Source of the DNA: a virus
Lineage: Duplodnaviria > Caudoviricetes
Virus record (IMG/VR): IMGVR_UViG_3300021256_000008
Location: 1 to 64,000 of that record
Direction: 5' to 3' (one strand)
DNA: 64,000 nucleotides
Under the pieces are notes generated by a model. The model ran no database searches, was not told the origin of the DNA, and was given only the letters and a program-made list of their open reading frames with translations. Shown here in pieces: positions 63,062 to 64,000 of this stretch (the first letter of the stretch is position 1; each line of letters begins with the position of its first letter). Both the position numbers and the translations under genes were made by a program.

Positions 63062-63099
63062 ACGATTCCCTCCTTTCTCGCCATAACGTAATTTTTTCG

Positions 63100-63320
63100 C
63101 TTGGTGTCAAATTGCCACTTTTTTTTGTGGTTTTTTTATATATAAATTAATTTTTCTTCACACAATAACCAAAAAAAAAGTGACAATGGGCACCATAAAA
63201 AGGGGTTTTTTGAAAAAAATGGCCAAAAATCACGAAAAATCGCTAAAAAATGCCGTTTTTTAAAATTTTATACGTACGGCGAAATTTTACATTTTTCATC
63301 ACTTTTTCACGAAATTTACA
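63100..63320. other. AT-rich non-coding region with inverted repeat and phased A-tracts; candidate replication origin
   Basis: Imperfect IR 63111-63132/63167-63187; A-tracts about 10-11 bp apart at ~63210-63250. Confidence 0.4.
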
Positions 63321-63327
63321 AAAAAAT

Positions 63328-63864
63328 TCATATCGGAAAACGTTCTTCCAGGTATGCGTTCATCTGCCACCAGAGGTCTTTTTGATTCATATTTTGCTTC
63401 GCGTTTCTGACCGGAAAAGCTCCTCCGGCACCATTTTTTGCGTACCTTCTGTGAATGAAATTATCGATAATTTTGTCCACTTCTGCCTCATAAAAATTAT
63501 AGTCGTCGTATATGTCGAGCCCTAAATTCTGCATCATTTCCCAGAACCATATACCCGATCTGTCTCCATAATCCGGATCATGCATGATGTTAAATTCAGC
63601 GCTGCGAGCGAGAGCGATGAGCATTTCAAGCACCGAACACGGTGACTTTGAGACGCTCATCATCTCGCAATTTATGCGTAAATTCCCCATTTCCTGGTCA
63701 AATAATTTACGCAAATATATCCCATCGGCGGCCCTATTTTTGTCGTAAACAAGCTCCCATGTATACTCTTTGGAATATAATTTCCGAAGAAGTTTCTGGT
63801 AATTTGCAGCAATATAATCGTCGCCGATGAGCCTGATTAACCAACAAAAATATGCCTCATTCAT
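63328..63864 (-). CDS. Hypothetical phage protein
   Basis: GAGGG RBS; YFCWL...DKNRAADG..LR...CSVLEMLIALA. Confidence 0.75.
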   Translation of the reverse strand: MNEAYFCWLIRLIGDDYIAANYQKLLRKLYSKEYTWELVYDKNRAADGIYLRKLFDQEMGNLRINCEMMSVSKSPCSVLEMLIALARSAEFNIMHDPDYGDRSGIWFWEMMQNLGLDIYDDYNFYEAEVDKIIDNFIHRRYAKNGAGGAFPVRNAKQNMNQKDLWWQMNAYLEERFPI

Positions 63865-63872
63865 AGTCTTAA

Positions 63873-64000
63873 TCAGCCCTCTCGGTATCCGTCAGGAGGT
63901 CCATATTCATCAGAATATAATCCGTCCTCCACATAGATTTCATAGTCCACTACAAGCCGCGGATTGCGAATAAATGCCGTCCTGTCAGCATAATTACCAA
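63873..64000 (-). CDS. C-terminal end of a gene entering from the right (...FIRNPRLVVDYEIYVEDGLYSDEYGPPDGYREG)
   Basis: Open frame ending TGA at 63873. Confidence 0.6.
   Translation of the reverse strand, partial: GNYADRTAFIRNPRLVVDYEIYVEDGLYSDEYGPPDGYREG

Overview
Part of the genome of a temperate tailed dsDNA phage (siphovirus-type morphogenesis genes), most likely of a Clostridia-like Bacillota host (inferred from a tmRNA-type attP and SleB-like and spore-coat-like genes). Almost all genes are on the minus strand, and an intact attP shows this is the free phage, not a prophage. Reading in the direction of transcription (right to left): replication module (helicase-primase-family B polymerase fusion with an apparent ACG start, SSB, SF2 helicase, VRR-NUC, Cas4-like nuclease); a ~940-aa single-chain two-barrel RNA polymerase (ADYDGD motif) with three HTH units; candidate packaging region, small terminase and HNH; lysis cassette; a Cys/Gly-rich module of unknown function; terminase flanked by five genes with related acidic '[LIV]-x-H' leaders; portal; protease-scaffold-capsid fusion; tail; then integrase/attP and ~14 kb of single-gene cassettes. 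The main candidate system links four observations: (1) the phage RNAP; (2) a [LIV]-x-H motif shared by the capsid scaffold, the five leader proteins and the RNAP N-terminus, suggesting they are packaged in the head and protease-matured; (3) 24 copies of a non-sigma-A promoter motif, TTCGYAAWAWTNACA-N4-CTATAATG, driving the cassettes and the RNAP operon; (4) three promoter-flanked non-coding units, one a tRNA-elbow mimic lacking an anticodon loop. A separate oriented 14-mer (AWTCAAAATGRAAR, at least 22 copies, all three reading frames) resembles a stoperator. All family assignments were made by eye from motifs; no database searches were run.
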